Source: Balanoglossus misakiensis (Eukaryota; Animalia; Hemichordata). Taken from it: a stretch of DNA of 64,000 nucleotides. Shown here one piece after another: positions 42,001 to 64,000 of the stretch. The translations under genes and the position numbers were made by a program. Location: NCBI GenBank assembly GCA_040954595.2, contig CM082578.2, positions 17,936,728 through 18,000,727 of the forward strand, written 5' to 3'. Position 1 is the first letter of the stretch, and every line of letters begins with the position of its first letter. The notes beneath the pieces are model-generated. The model was given only the letters and a program-made list of their open reading frames with translations, had not been told where the DNA came from and did no database searches.

Positions 42001-45000
42001 GAATTTCTTCATCACTTTTTCCGCAGTTTGGCAGTCGTGTATCACCTGCATATCAACGCTATTGTCTTAACTACTCGGGTGCTTTGAACTACCTGGAACA
42101 CCTCAGGAAACAAACAGATTTCTTGGATTTTCTCAAGGTGGGAAAGGGATCACATGTTTACTATTTGCTATACACCACGCCCTTTGGTTTAAGTCTTTCT
42201 AAGTTAAGTCCTCTTTATTCTTCTCAAGGTATCAGATACCGATATTTTTGCTTAAACTGTCTAATTCAGCATGGGTACAAGAAGAGTAACAGTCATTGCA
42301 GGTGTTTGGAAAAACCTGATCCGAATCAGAATCAAATTTTCACGCATTGCCAATAATCTATGTATTCACAAAATTAATAGGAAAACATGCTCCCTTTTGA
42401 CCATTCATTAATGACTTTCATTTGGTCTTCGGCAGTGGTGTGAACAAGATCCACGCTGCAACAGACTACAAATAACCGACCTCTTGGTGGCGCCCATGCA
42501 ACACGTCACCAAGTACCCGCTTCTGCTCAAGAACATCCGGAAGAAAACTAAAGACGGCGAAGAGATACGTTCGCTGACCTCAACTGTGCACATAGTTGAA
42601 ACCTCCCTACGTAAGCAGCATCTAGTCTCTTAAATTTCACTAGAGGAATTTCAGTCTCCCGGCCGTTGGCAATTAAGACTGGATGATTAAACGCACAACT
42701 GTGTGGTATTGCTACAGAAAAAAGTATGCCTCCAGGTTTTCTTTCGTTAGCTCGCTTATTTCACGGCGGAGACCGCATCGCTTTTCTGGTTCTTTGATTC
42801 CATCACGATTCCACGATTATTTTTTTAGAAGGGGCTCCTGAAGTCGGCGTTTATTTTTGTTAAATTTGTGGACGAATCACGCATCATTTAATCTAGTGCA
42901 ATGGTACTGACACACCTGTGAAACCTATGCACAGGTTGCACCGAGAATAGATACGAGTTCAAATAAAACTGGAGTTTGTGACAACGTTTCCCATATTTCT
43001 ATAAACAAGATTGCTAGCGTTTGTTGAACGTACGACTGAAAATATCAATGACCAAATTCGATATACGGATATTTAATTTCAGGGGAAATGGAGGGAAAGG
43101 TGAAATGGCTAACGAGCTTTGAGAGACTTCGCGAATTGCAGCACCTTATTTCTTGGCCACCTGTTGAAGAGTTGGACACCAAGACATTTGTACCCGAGGT
43201 GAGTTTTTTTTAATGATACGGGAACAATATTTGAAGGGATGCAAACGTAAGCGTTATTGGCGTTATCGGTCGGAACGCCAATATTAGTGACATGTTTCGT
43301 TGCAACACATGCGTGGCCGGGAGTGACCGTGGTTGCAACCAGCGCGAGGTCTCGTTCGAGACAGGATTCATGGCGTCAGACACAAACACCTGTCAAAGGC
43401 TGTACTGAACGCTGATTCGATAAAAACCGCCAGCGCGTCATCCATACGTTTGCATACACATAAAATTAATTTTAACCAGGTTGTATAATTTCTTAGGGGG
43501 GGGGGTCATTGTTCATGCTTAGGCCTACACGTCAAAATAAAAATGGCGAGAATCGTCTGCTTTGGGTGAAATACGAGAACTACCAATAAAAAACCTACCT
43601 TTCTTTATGTTGTACAGTGACTATTATACACCTGCCACGTCCTCAGTCAATCTCAACATCACCGAAGGCTTTTGCTGAACAAAACGAGAGAAATTCACCG
43701 AAGCATATCTCCAGAACGCCTGCAACTTCTTTCAGTATTTTCTGTGGTGCCCCCGTTACTGTAAATCAAAGCAATGCATTGTCAGTCATGGCAAATTGAT
43801 TTCTGTCTTTTCATTCTAGTTTTTGAAAGGGCGTTTAAACCAACTGTCCTGCAGTAATATTTTGGCAAGTCCGAAGAGGATGTTATTACACGAGGGACCG
43901 ATACTGCTCAGTGGTACGTCGATTGAATGAATGAATTTTCTCCTGTGCATGCTGCGATGAGCCTCGGGCTTCGGTTGTTGGTGTTACATAATATTTCTAC
44001 TTGCGGATGTCAGGAGTACAGCTTTGTGTGCCATTATGTACTACCTGACATAAATTTGGCTAATTGAACTTGTATATCACAAGCATGTACGTTACATGTC
44101 TGGAATATCCAATCATTTTAATTCTGACGACGTGTAGAGTTTCGTGCCAGTTGAAGATATTACATAGGGCCTAAATCGCAATTTCTGCATGGCCTACCTC
44201 TTCAAATTTCTTGCCATTCCCTTCATGTCTTCGCCCAGTTGCTGGTATATTCGGATTTCACTTTCTCCGTGCACTCTCTCTCTCCGTTGTGGCATTCTGC
44301 ATGCCATGTCTGAAGGTCTATTCTCGCGCGTGAACGGCCATCGTTCTACCTGAACACCAGACTGAAAGATTCAGTCGTGTGAGGGCGCCCCGGCACTGCG
44401 CGACCCCAAGGTCGTAGTAGATCGCGGACTACCGGAGCACCCGACTGAATCTTTCAATCAAACTTGCACACGAAACTCATCTACAAAATCAACCCGCTTT
44501 CTCTTTTCAGTCGAGAATACCAAATCGGTGGAGACGTACTTGTTCCTGTTCGACGACATGCTGTTGGTCACCAAGACGCGAAAAGTGGCTAAGAAGAAGA
44601 CGTCTATGACCGACGGCCTGGCTATGCTCTCCCTGTCGCTGCAAAGCATACCCCACAAAAAGGACGGGATATATTTTACGGTGTACAAGCAACCAATACC
44701 GTTGGACCGACTCGAACTCGTGGAAATCGAACCTCAGGACGGTGAGTTCATTAATGAGAGACTTTCCATTTTCAGTATACCACAATGAGATGTATCGCGA
44801 AAACTTGGAAAGTTAGATTTTGGAGCTTAGCTTAGCCTAGAAATGTCTAAAGTTCATTTCCAATTTGTAAGCTTCTTTCTGGTTCCTTCTTGTTGTTTAG
44901 CGAACGGACTGAAGAATGGTTTTGTGGTTCTTCACATAAGTCGTTTTCAGCAAGTTTTGGCTATTTTAACTTTCCAAGGTGCTAACGCCAATGTCAAGGT

Positions 45001-45406
45001 AAGACTTGCTGTGCATAGGAAAGCGTCGTACTGTAAAGTTGCCCGGTGGTAACCTAGCAACACCAACTCGCAGTGTAAAGAGGATTGTGGGAATAAAGTG
45101 CTTGACCAAACACCGAGATTGAGACATACTTCGTATCACCAGAAATTCAATCATCTGATGTCCACCCGGCACAGCAAATTATTTATTGGATTAAGTGCTA
45201 TGAGTGTACAATTCAAACTATATTCTTGCCCACTCACTGAACCTACTAGTATATTAACACACGTACGTACACACTCGTCTCCATTTCAGAACACTTGGCT
45301 CTCGAAGATTCGGAATGCCAAGGACAAGTGGGTTGAGGAGTGGAAGATTCGATCAGAAACGCGAGAAGAGAAACGTCTAATTAAGGGCAGGAAAAAGACA
45401 CTGTGA
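4347..45406 (+). CDS. PLEKHG7: PLEKHG7-like Rho guanine nucleotide exchange factor (DH + PH domains), 19 coding exons, about 1329 aa (gene span)
   Basis: Phase-consistent GT-AG exon chain totalling 3990 nt. C-terminal exons encode EAVWELFKGECVYLLDHLMVLR, LFANLDELCQ, YCLNYSGAL, WCEQDPRC..LLVAPMQHVTKYPLLLKNI, EGKVKWL, YLFLFDDMLLVTK and QPIPLDRL, matching recalled PLEKHG7 motifs. Linkage of the 5' exons rests on splice phase only. Confidence 0.85.
6374..6519. mobile_element. Tc1/mariner-type MITE
   Basis: TIRs CAGTGAAACCTG / CAGGTTTCACTA, with internal repeated GGACACCTCTC...AAGGACA-like motifs. Confidence 0.6.
8952..9030. repeat. (GAT)n microsatellite
   Basis: About 26 perfect units. Confidence 0.95.
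10372..10553. mobile_element. Non-autonomous DNA transposon with TTAA TSD and AGG..CCT termini (Kolobok-like)
   Basis: Perfect inverted ends TTAAAGGTATACGGTCACCT / AGGTGACCGTATACCTTTAA; second copy at 59448-59634. Confidence 0.75.
14665..14700. repeat. (GCAA)n(ACAA)n compound microsatellite
   Basis: Read directly. Confidence 0.8.
20477..20489 (+). CDS. Candidate alternative first coding exon (MGKT+A) of the PLEKHG7-like gene
   Basis: gagcATGG GGA AAA ACT A|GTAAGT reads ATG GGG AAA ACT A; phase 1 fits the exon 2 acceptor, giving MGKTNSSH. Confidence 0.45.
21829..21858. mobile_element. 30-bp palindromic micro-element with 7-bp target-site duplication
   Basis: ATCTGAG|CACAGTCCCTC-ATGTAGTA-GAGGGACTGTG|ATCTGAG. 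Confidence 0.6.
28121..29211 (+). CDS. PLEKHG7: PLEKHG7-like exon 2 (Ser/Arg-rich)
   Basis: Polypyrimidine tract and TTTAG acceptor ending 28120; lies within the 411-aa ORF; TGG|GTAAGT donor, phase 0. Confidence 0.8.
31266..31371 (+). CDS. PLEKHG7: PLEKHG7-like exon 3 (AKTQNSPMRQSPKVLVTHVDD...)
   Basis: TAG acceptor, open frame, GTAAGT donor; phase 0 to 1 bridges exons 2 and 4. Confidence 0.75.
32707..32801 (+). CDS. PLEKHG7: PLEKHG7-like exon 4 (SQESLVSEASSLTVP...RKESM)
   Basis: TTTTTTCCAG acceptor, GTAAGT donor, phase 1 to 0. Confidence 0.8.
36380..36508 (+). CDS. PLEKHG7: PLEKHG7-like exon 5 (VKYSSGSENPSDEEDE...RRRRGAMTSE...)
   Basis: CTCTACAG acceptor, GAG|GTGAGC donor, phase 0 to 0. 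Confidence 0.8.
36743..36806. repeat. (AGGC)3(GACT)n microsatellite
   Basis: Read directly. Confidence 0.9.
36923..36953 (+). CDS. PLEKHG7: PLEKHG7-like small exon 6 (NSLPEESEGS)
   Basis: Pyrimidine tract and CACAG acceptor; a phase 0 to 1 exon is needed here; donor GTGGGT at 36954 is the best of several candidates. Confidence 0.5.
38615..38677 (+). CDS. PLEKHG7: PLEKHG7-like exon 7 (YLQGRSEVYDSYQSLTDGQE)
   Basis: TTTTTCAG acceptor, G|GTAAGA donor, symmetric phase 1 to 1. Confidence 0.65.
39052..39098 (+). CDS. PLEKHG7: PLEKHG7-like exon 8 (SKKSSRSSWTLRKTK)
   Basis: Long pyrimidine tract and GCAG acceptor, AAG|GTAAGA donor, phase 1 to 0. Confidence 0.7.
39308..39412 (+). CDS. PLEKHG7: PLEKHG7-like exon 9 (KEKEKERTSSLEDLSQVLNNIKI...)
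   Basis: TTGCAG acceptor (NAGNAG possible), AAG|GTAATT donor; resembles the pre-DH segment of PLEKHG7. Confidence 0.85.
40148..40291 (+). CDS. PLEKHG7: PLEKHG7-like exon 10, start of DH domain
   Basis: Encodes KRREAVWELFKGECVYLLDHLMVLRN; GTAAGT donor. Confidence 0.92.
40577..40672 (+). CDS. PLEKHG7: PLEKHG7-like exon 11 (DH)
   Basis: VFLESIKDVQCEGHLMFVEPSKLFANLDELCQ; CAG acceptor, GTAAAT donor. Confidence 0.92.
41761..41862 (+). CDS. PLEKHG7: PLEKHG7-like exon 12 (DH)
   Basis: VTVTFCQLLERLL...TAFTT; CAG acceptor, GTAAGT donor. Confidence 0.88.
42027..42137 (+). CDS. PLEKHG7: PLEKHG7-like exon 13 (DH)
   Basis: FGSRVSPAYQRYCLNYSGALNYLEHLRKQTDFLDFLK. Confidence 0.92.
42436..42610 (+). CDS. 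PLEKHG7: PLEKHG7-like exon 14 (DH conserved region 3)
   Basis: WCEQDPRCNRLQITDLLVAPMQHVTKYPLLLKNIRKKT; GTAAGC donor. Confidence 0.93.
43083..43198 (+). CDS. PLEKHG7: PLEKHG7-like exon 15 (DH-PH linker)
   Basis: EMEGKVKWLTSFERLRELQHLISWPP...FVPE; GTGAGT donor. Confidence 0.92.
43820..43913 (+). CDS. PLEKHG7: PLEKHG7-like exon 16 (start of PH)
   Basis: FLKGRLNQLSCSNILASPKRMLLHEGPILLS; TAG acceptor, GTACGT donor. Confidence 0.88.
44360..44459. other. About 100-nt intronic fold-back (hairpin) sequence
   Basis: Perfect 15-bp arms TGAAAGATTCAGTCG (44363-44377) / CGACTGAATCTTTCA (44442-44456) around a GC-rich, partly self-complementary core. Confidence 0.7.
44511..44741 (+). CDS. PLEKHG7: PLEKHG7-like exon 17 (PH)
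   Basis: ETYLFLFDDMLLVTKTRK...YKQPIPLDRLEL; GTGAGT donor. Confidence 0.93.
44901..44998 (+). CDS. PLEKHG7: PLEKHG7-like exon 18 (PH)
   Basis: NGLKNGFVVLHISRFQQVLAILTFQGANANVK; GTAAGA donor. Confidence 0.9.
45290..45406 (+). CDS. PLEKHG7: PLEKHG7-like last coding exon (PH C-terminal helix and stop)
   Basis: NTWLSKIRNAKDKW...RKKTL*; conserved PH Trp; TGA at 45404-45406. Confidence 0.9.
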   Translation, partial: NTWLSKIRNAKDKWVEEWKIRSETREEKRLIKGRKKTL

Positions 45407-46063
45407 TTCCATCTGCTGGTTCGGACTTCAGAAATTACATTTTTCTTCAGACTTGTTTGAAGAACTGAGATATGGACAGCCGCTCGGGTCATTTGAGTTG
45501 GAGACCTCACTGATTCTAACTCATTTCACATTACAGACAACTGAACATCAAAAGTTAGTAACTTGGACCTTTCTTTAATCCACTGTTTCATTTCAAAATG
45601 GTTCACTGATAATTGGCAAAGGATGCATCTTCACTTTTGGAATTATTGGGGATAATATATTTATATGGATCGTGATATACACCAATCAGAGTGATTGAAA
45701 ATGACTTTTACAAGGTGGAGTTTTTCTGTCTATGAATATGCAATAATTCTTACGATATACCACGATTGCACGGAGATTTCAAGGGAAGCCGGCGTGTTTT
45801 GTAATTTTACCAAAGGACGCTTTTGCCAAGAATTTGTTGATCTTGCCTGTAGAGGGCGTAACACGCGAGGAGTGACAATGACGGACAGATGCTACACGAG
45901 AGAACTTGGCTGTACAAAGTTTTTTTCTGTTTGCTTCTGTAAATATTTGAGAATATGTAACTGTATGTATATAAATATGTATATATTTAATGTGCCAAAG
46001 ACTTGTAAGACTATTTCAAATATTGCCTTATATGGGAATACAATAACTTAATATACATCTCGA

Positions 46064-46069
46064 AATAAA
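46064..46069 (+). terminator. Probable polyadenylation signal of the PLEKHG7-like gene
   Basis: AATAAA about 660 nt after the stop, at the end of an AU-rich UTR-like tract. Confidence 0.55.
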
Positions 46070-47762
46070 AATTTGTTCAAAACATATTTGACTTCAAGCT
46101 TTAACTTCTGTGGATATATATCAAATTTATTATTTTAGTTCCCACTTGGTGTACACTTGACTATACCAGACGGAAGATCATTGGCCAAACGTTGTCATTA
46201 AAGTACTATCATCGCTATTAACACATTCTTTAATAATGAGTAGCACTACACATATCCTTTCACTTGCTCTTTTATTCCCTTGATTTTTGAAAAGTTGCAA
46301 GGCTTACATTTTTCGCTAGAATTAAGACGACATGAAAATCTGCTGTACACTTCTCAGAACTTTTAACAATAATTTTCAAGCCAGTCTCACAAAAGACAAA
46401 GACAATAGTCTGTATGCATTGAATGTGAAGAATGACACCCACGAAAGTTTTTTTCTTTTCCTTGTTTAATCTCGTTCACTTCCCTCGTGCAAGAAACGAC
46501 TGCATCTTTTGCTGTTGTAGGTGTAACCCTCATTCAATGACACTCTAAATGACAAATTACAGGCTGGGTACAAGATTTGTACTACTTCTATTCGGAATGC
46601 TTGCATAATAATGACACCAAGGACAAATTTAATATGCAGATAATGAGAACTCTGGGGACAATTTCAACATCTTAAAATGACAACTAGCTACAATGTAAAT
46701 CATACAATTTCTGAGATGTGTGGCAGTGGCCGTTATGCATCACTGTGGGTTAAAATAAATTTCTCTGATTAATACAACTCTTACACTTTTTGTCCTCAGC
46801 CATCCCCCCTTCCCCTCCTCAAAAGAATCCACAAATTTTCTGGCATTTGAATAGTTTCATGAAATTAAACGCTTTCTTTTCTGCATATTGATTGTGCAAT
46901 TTCCCAAAAAATGATTATGATAGTTATACATGTTGATAATTATTAACATGACTACGATACCATTAACATATATTGAAACATTGAGAACATGCTTCATGAT
47001 CTTTGAAAAAAATAAAAAACGCACTGATTAGCTGGCACTGCACGTGAGAGCATGAGATTAGTGTGCCTGGTGAGAACTCAACTGCAGTTGGTATTAAGAA
47101 GTGGCTATGAAGGGGAGATGGCTTTCAACTGTACTGACCCCAACACAGATCTACTGATGCTCATAAGTTTCCAATTTTCTTTTCTTCAAAATTTACAAGC
47201 AAGAGTACAGAAACCCTGCATCAACAAAACAACTACATGTACCTTACATGAGATGTCTTGCAAATTCCGTTTTAAAAATATATCTAAAAACTCAAGCTAT
47301 GGTGATTTTTTTAAACACCACGCAATTGACAAACTTACACACAACTGACCTGATATGTAACATCTCTGCCCAGAAATCAAGAAAGGGAACTTAAACTTTT
47401 AAATTTATTTCTCCACCATGATATATAAATACAAAATCACGAAATACAAACGAGGTCCCTTCATCTCACAAGTTGAATGCACTTTCGACACCTGACCTTT
47501 GACCCACCCACCCCTTCCCCAATCTACGAGAAACAGTGCTTGAACAATGATGACTTGATAACTTGAGAGAGATGGTGAAAGTACTGAACGCAATTTAATA
47601 AATCTGGGCATCCCAGAGGGAGAATTCTTCTTCCCTCAGATGGGAAGAGTCGCACTTGCATCACTTTACAACAAACATGATTCTGTCATGCCACTTTTTG
47701 TGGTGCAAACTGTTCTGTGCTCCTAGTGCTATTTTCATCAATAAATATAAACAGCCAGGTGT

Positions 47763-60409
<12,647 letters not shown>

Positions 60410-60831
60410 GCTGTACACGCACAGCGAAGACAGAAAGACGGAACGATATGTAATGAATGGCCGTGCGTTCAAATGCACAGGAAAATGGCGCTATTCAAAA
60501 TAGCGGCGTGCGAACGAGGAGGCGCTAGTACACAAATTTGCATATTGACGTCTTGGGGACTAAGGCTATCTTGGCCTACATGATAATGTTATGGGTCTAT
60601 AATTTTACACTGTATATAATATATATAAGAATAATAAATGCTTGATGACCGAGCAGTCATTAATATTTAGTAAGTATGTAGTGCCCTACAGTGTACTCAG
60701 AGTTTAACGCTAATTTAGGGCCGAGGCCTAGGCTAAGTTTAACAATTGTATACCTTGAAGTTGAACACACACCAGAAATGCAAACGTCAGATCATGTAGG
60801 CCTACTTATATGTCAACAGGGATAGAGAATC

Positions 60832-61098
<267 letters not shown>

Positions 61099-61702
61099 GT
61101 GCACTTAACTCTTAAGCAAAGAAGACATGCTCCATATTGGCTAACCAGTGCCTTTAAAAGTTAAACACTATGTTGATGCAAAGTAACCCATGCCATGTAT
61201 GTCCTTAGTTGTGTGTCCGTCAGTCTATCCCAAGAACTGTTTGAACCAATCCAAGTCAAATTTTCTAGACAGGTACCGTTACAAATTAATGATAAAAACC
61301 GATTAGATTTTAGTGGTTGTGACTTGTATATTAATATTTTGACAGTGGGTTTTCTATGGAAAGAACAGTGAAAATATTCGCATATACACAGAATCTTTTC
61401 ACAAAAGTTGATGAAACCTCAGTCTCATGAAAATTCGTGTCAGACAAATGAACATTGTCAGAACTTGAAGAGTTAAGAAAGACATAGGCAAAAAAATGCC
61501 CTTGCTTAAATATATATGTCCTTTCCGCGTGTAGATCCATACTGAAATGCGATTAGCTTCATGATACAGCCAGTACGTGTTCGGCGCTCTATATTCACTG
61601 TATGAATGAGGTTCGGGAAATCATAACACCTCGACATACACGCATTTGAAGATATTGTTAGTTTCCCACTTTTATTTTGACCTACATTTGTATTTCAAAT
61701 AA

Positions 61703-61782
61703 CATCATCGATGCAACAAGAATTGCAAATATGTCATTCATTCATCATCGATGCAACAAGAATTGCAAATATGTCATTCATT
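61703..61782. repeat. 40-bp perfect tandem duplication
   Basis: CATCATCGATGCAACAAGAATTGCAAATATGTCATTCATT twice. Confidence 0.9.
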
Positions 61783-62058
61783 CATTCAAGACATCAATGT
61801 GTCGTCAGATGCGGCGCTATCACAATACAACTATTGACACACTTCTATCTTCATTAATGTCAGGAAATACATGTAGACCTACTCAAGAAGTGAATGTGCG
61901 CTTCGAAGGCAAACGTAGTATCACTGAAACGATGGTACGTGCTTGTTTGTTGTCCGGTGTAGAAAAGGTGAGAAGCGGAAAGAATATAATGCTGGATTTG
62001 AAATGCCGCATCCCAAATCGTCAACGATAACGTGATGTAAATCACCGGTAAAACTTAC

Positions 62059-62165
62059 CTATTTGGGTCGTAGCCAGCTTCAACGAACGAATCATGAGAA
62101 CGTTGTTGAACGCTGGTATGTCCGGCTACGATTGACTTGCGGGGTTGGTTCTGCTGAGGTTCCAT
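62059..62165 (-). CDS. IMPDH: Upstream alternative first exon of IMPDH encoding a 36-aa N-terminal extension (41 aa if ATG at 62180 is used)
   Basis: gttATGG Kozak, open frame, AG|GTAAGT phase-2 donor; matching pyrimidine tract and CAG|C-ATG acceptor at 60411/60410; peptide resembles the IMPDH1 retinal extension. Confidence 0.8.
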
Positions 62166-63426
62166 AACAAAAGCAGACATCGAGATCAATTCATGCACGT
62201 TTCAGATGTTCGTCTGTCAAAACTGCACGCGTGTGACTGTCATACAGGCCGCCTCTTGGACAGAGAATGATAGAACGACAGTGATAAGACAACGTAACGG
62301 AGGAAAACAGTAAGTGCAAAGTAAATGGGAGAACGTCTTCAGCCCGACTGAATGATGGAAGAGAAGACCCGTGTCCTTTCTTGTCTAAACTTACTTATCT
62401 CACTAAGTTATTAAACCAGGCCTAGGAATAATTATTAGATCACTACTGCGTGTGATCAAATGATGCGAATGTGTCGAGACTACACACGATCATATAAAAA
62501 GTGTCTTTTATTGGCGAGTGCTGATCAATAGGTTGGTCCTCGTTTGGGAGAAAAGGCTCTGTGAATGGCTTCGAATGGTTGCTAAGCGACTACCACACGC
62601 GAAGTAACGCGATGAAGAGAGTCGCAGCGTGTGAACGTGACACGGACAGATGAAGTATTCTTCATAAAATTTTGGTGGAAAAACTAAACAAGCACTTGAA
62701 TCGACCGTGATACGTACTCATTAAGGAGATTGAGAATTCAATGAAAGAGGAGAGTGGAATTAAATGGTGATCTTCCGTCGCATATGATAATGATTGATAA
62801 GCAAAGTGAAATTCACCTTACTAATTTTACATTATTGTCTGACAAAAACGCATTTTCAAAACTTAAGCTGACCACTCCCAATATTTTGCATAATTGTAAA
62901 TGTCAAACAAATCGCGGCACATTCTAAACAATGTCCGAGTCGATTTCTCACGTAGCCGATAATTCCACGTAACGCCCCGGCCACTAATGAGACCAAAATA
63001 ATTAGAATCATTTTCTGAAACCGTGGTGGTAATTTTCTCTCCCTTGTTGAAACACCCTGAGTTCTCACCATTTATTCCGGTTTGGTAACCCATAGTTACA
63101 TGACACTGAATAGCGCGGAAAGTTTGATGACAATTATTTGTCTATGGTAACATCACTCTGACCACAACAAACGAAACACACTTCTACATTATTAAATGCT
63201 CCATACAACATTTCAAGACAGTCTTTTCGTGTAATATCTTGGACAAGTATAACACGTACACACATTTCGTCGCATGAGTTCAAAGAGAATGGAACATACC
63301 TATCCTGCGATAACTTTTCAGCAAAGCATGACATAGACAACAGTAGGAGCGTATAGAAAAAGACAAGTACGTGATCAAGTTTACCGTTTTAGCGACAGAT
63401 ATGTCAAACAATATAAGAAAAGCTTA

Positions 63427-64000
63427 TTTCGCAAAGTCGAAAAATTGTCCCTTTTTGATGATTTTCATGAGCTATAACCCATGATTTTTTTCACAAATCG
63501 ACGAAATTTTGAAATTTCGCAAAGTCGAAAAATTGTCATTTTTTGATGATTTTCATGAGCTATAACCCATGATTTTTTCAAAAATCGACGAAATTTTGAG
63601 ATTTCGCAAAGTCGAAAAATTGTCATTTTTTGATGATTTTCATGAGCTATAACCCATGATTTTTTTCAAAAATCGACGAAATTTTGAGATTTCACAAAGT
63701 CGAAAAATTGTCATTTTTTGATGATTTTCATGAGCTATACACCATGATTTTTTTCAAAAATCGACGAAATTTTGAGATTTCGCAAAGTCGAAAAATTGTC
63801 ATTTTTTGATGCTATAACCCATGATATTTTTCAAAAATCGACGAAATTTTGAGATTTTGCAAAGTCGAAAAATTGTCATTTTTTGATGAATTTCATGAGC
63901 TATAACCCGTGATTTTTTTTCAAAAATCGACGAAATTTCGAGATTTCGCAAAGTCGAAAAATTGTCATTTTTTGATGATTTTCATGAGTTATATAACCCA
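63427..64000. repeat. About 88-bp tandem satellite, at least 6.5 copies, runs off the window
   Basis: Units start at 63427, 63515, 63602, 63690, 63778, 63855 and 63944; one unit has an 11-nt deletion. Confidence 0.95.

Noticed and set aside
45392-45406. C-terminal KKTL as a PDZ-binding or peroxisomal signal
   Set aside because: Position -2 is Lys, not Ser/Thr, and it does not match the SKL-type consensus.
63427-64000. CRISPR-like array
   Set aside because: Units are contiguous near-identical repeats with no unique spacers, in a eukaryotic context.

Overview
This is intron-rich animal genomic DNA (about 40% GC). Gene structure and repeat style suggest an invertebrate, probably a deuterostome; that is an inference. 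Two convergent spliced genes fill the window. (1) On the + strand, a PLEKHG7-like RhoGEF (DH-PH) spans 4347-45406, with 19 coding exons assembled by hand (about 1329 aa, including about 900 aa of low-complexity N-terminus). (2) On the - strand, a complete IMP dehydrogenase spans 60409-47763 (13 exons, 514 aa). The main finding is an upstream IMPDH exon (62165-62059), too short for the ORF track, that splices in frame onto the canonical ATG. It encodes ...GHTSVQQRSHDSFVEAGYDPNS-MADYL, which aligns without gaps to the N-terminal extension of the vertebrate retinal IMPDH1 variant as I recall it (...[27 protein letters not shown]). Other candidates are an alternative RhoGEF first exon creating a myristoylation motif (MGKTNS), a PKA-pseudosubstrate-like motif (RRRRGAM) alongside many CRE palindromes, several MITEs, a CpG-decay contrast between the two genes, microsatellites and a terminal 88-bp satellite. 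No searches were run; all homology statements are from recall.
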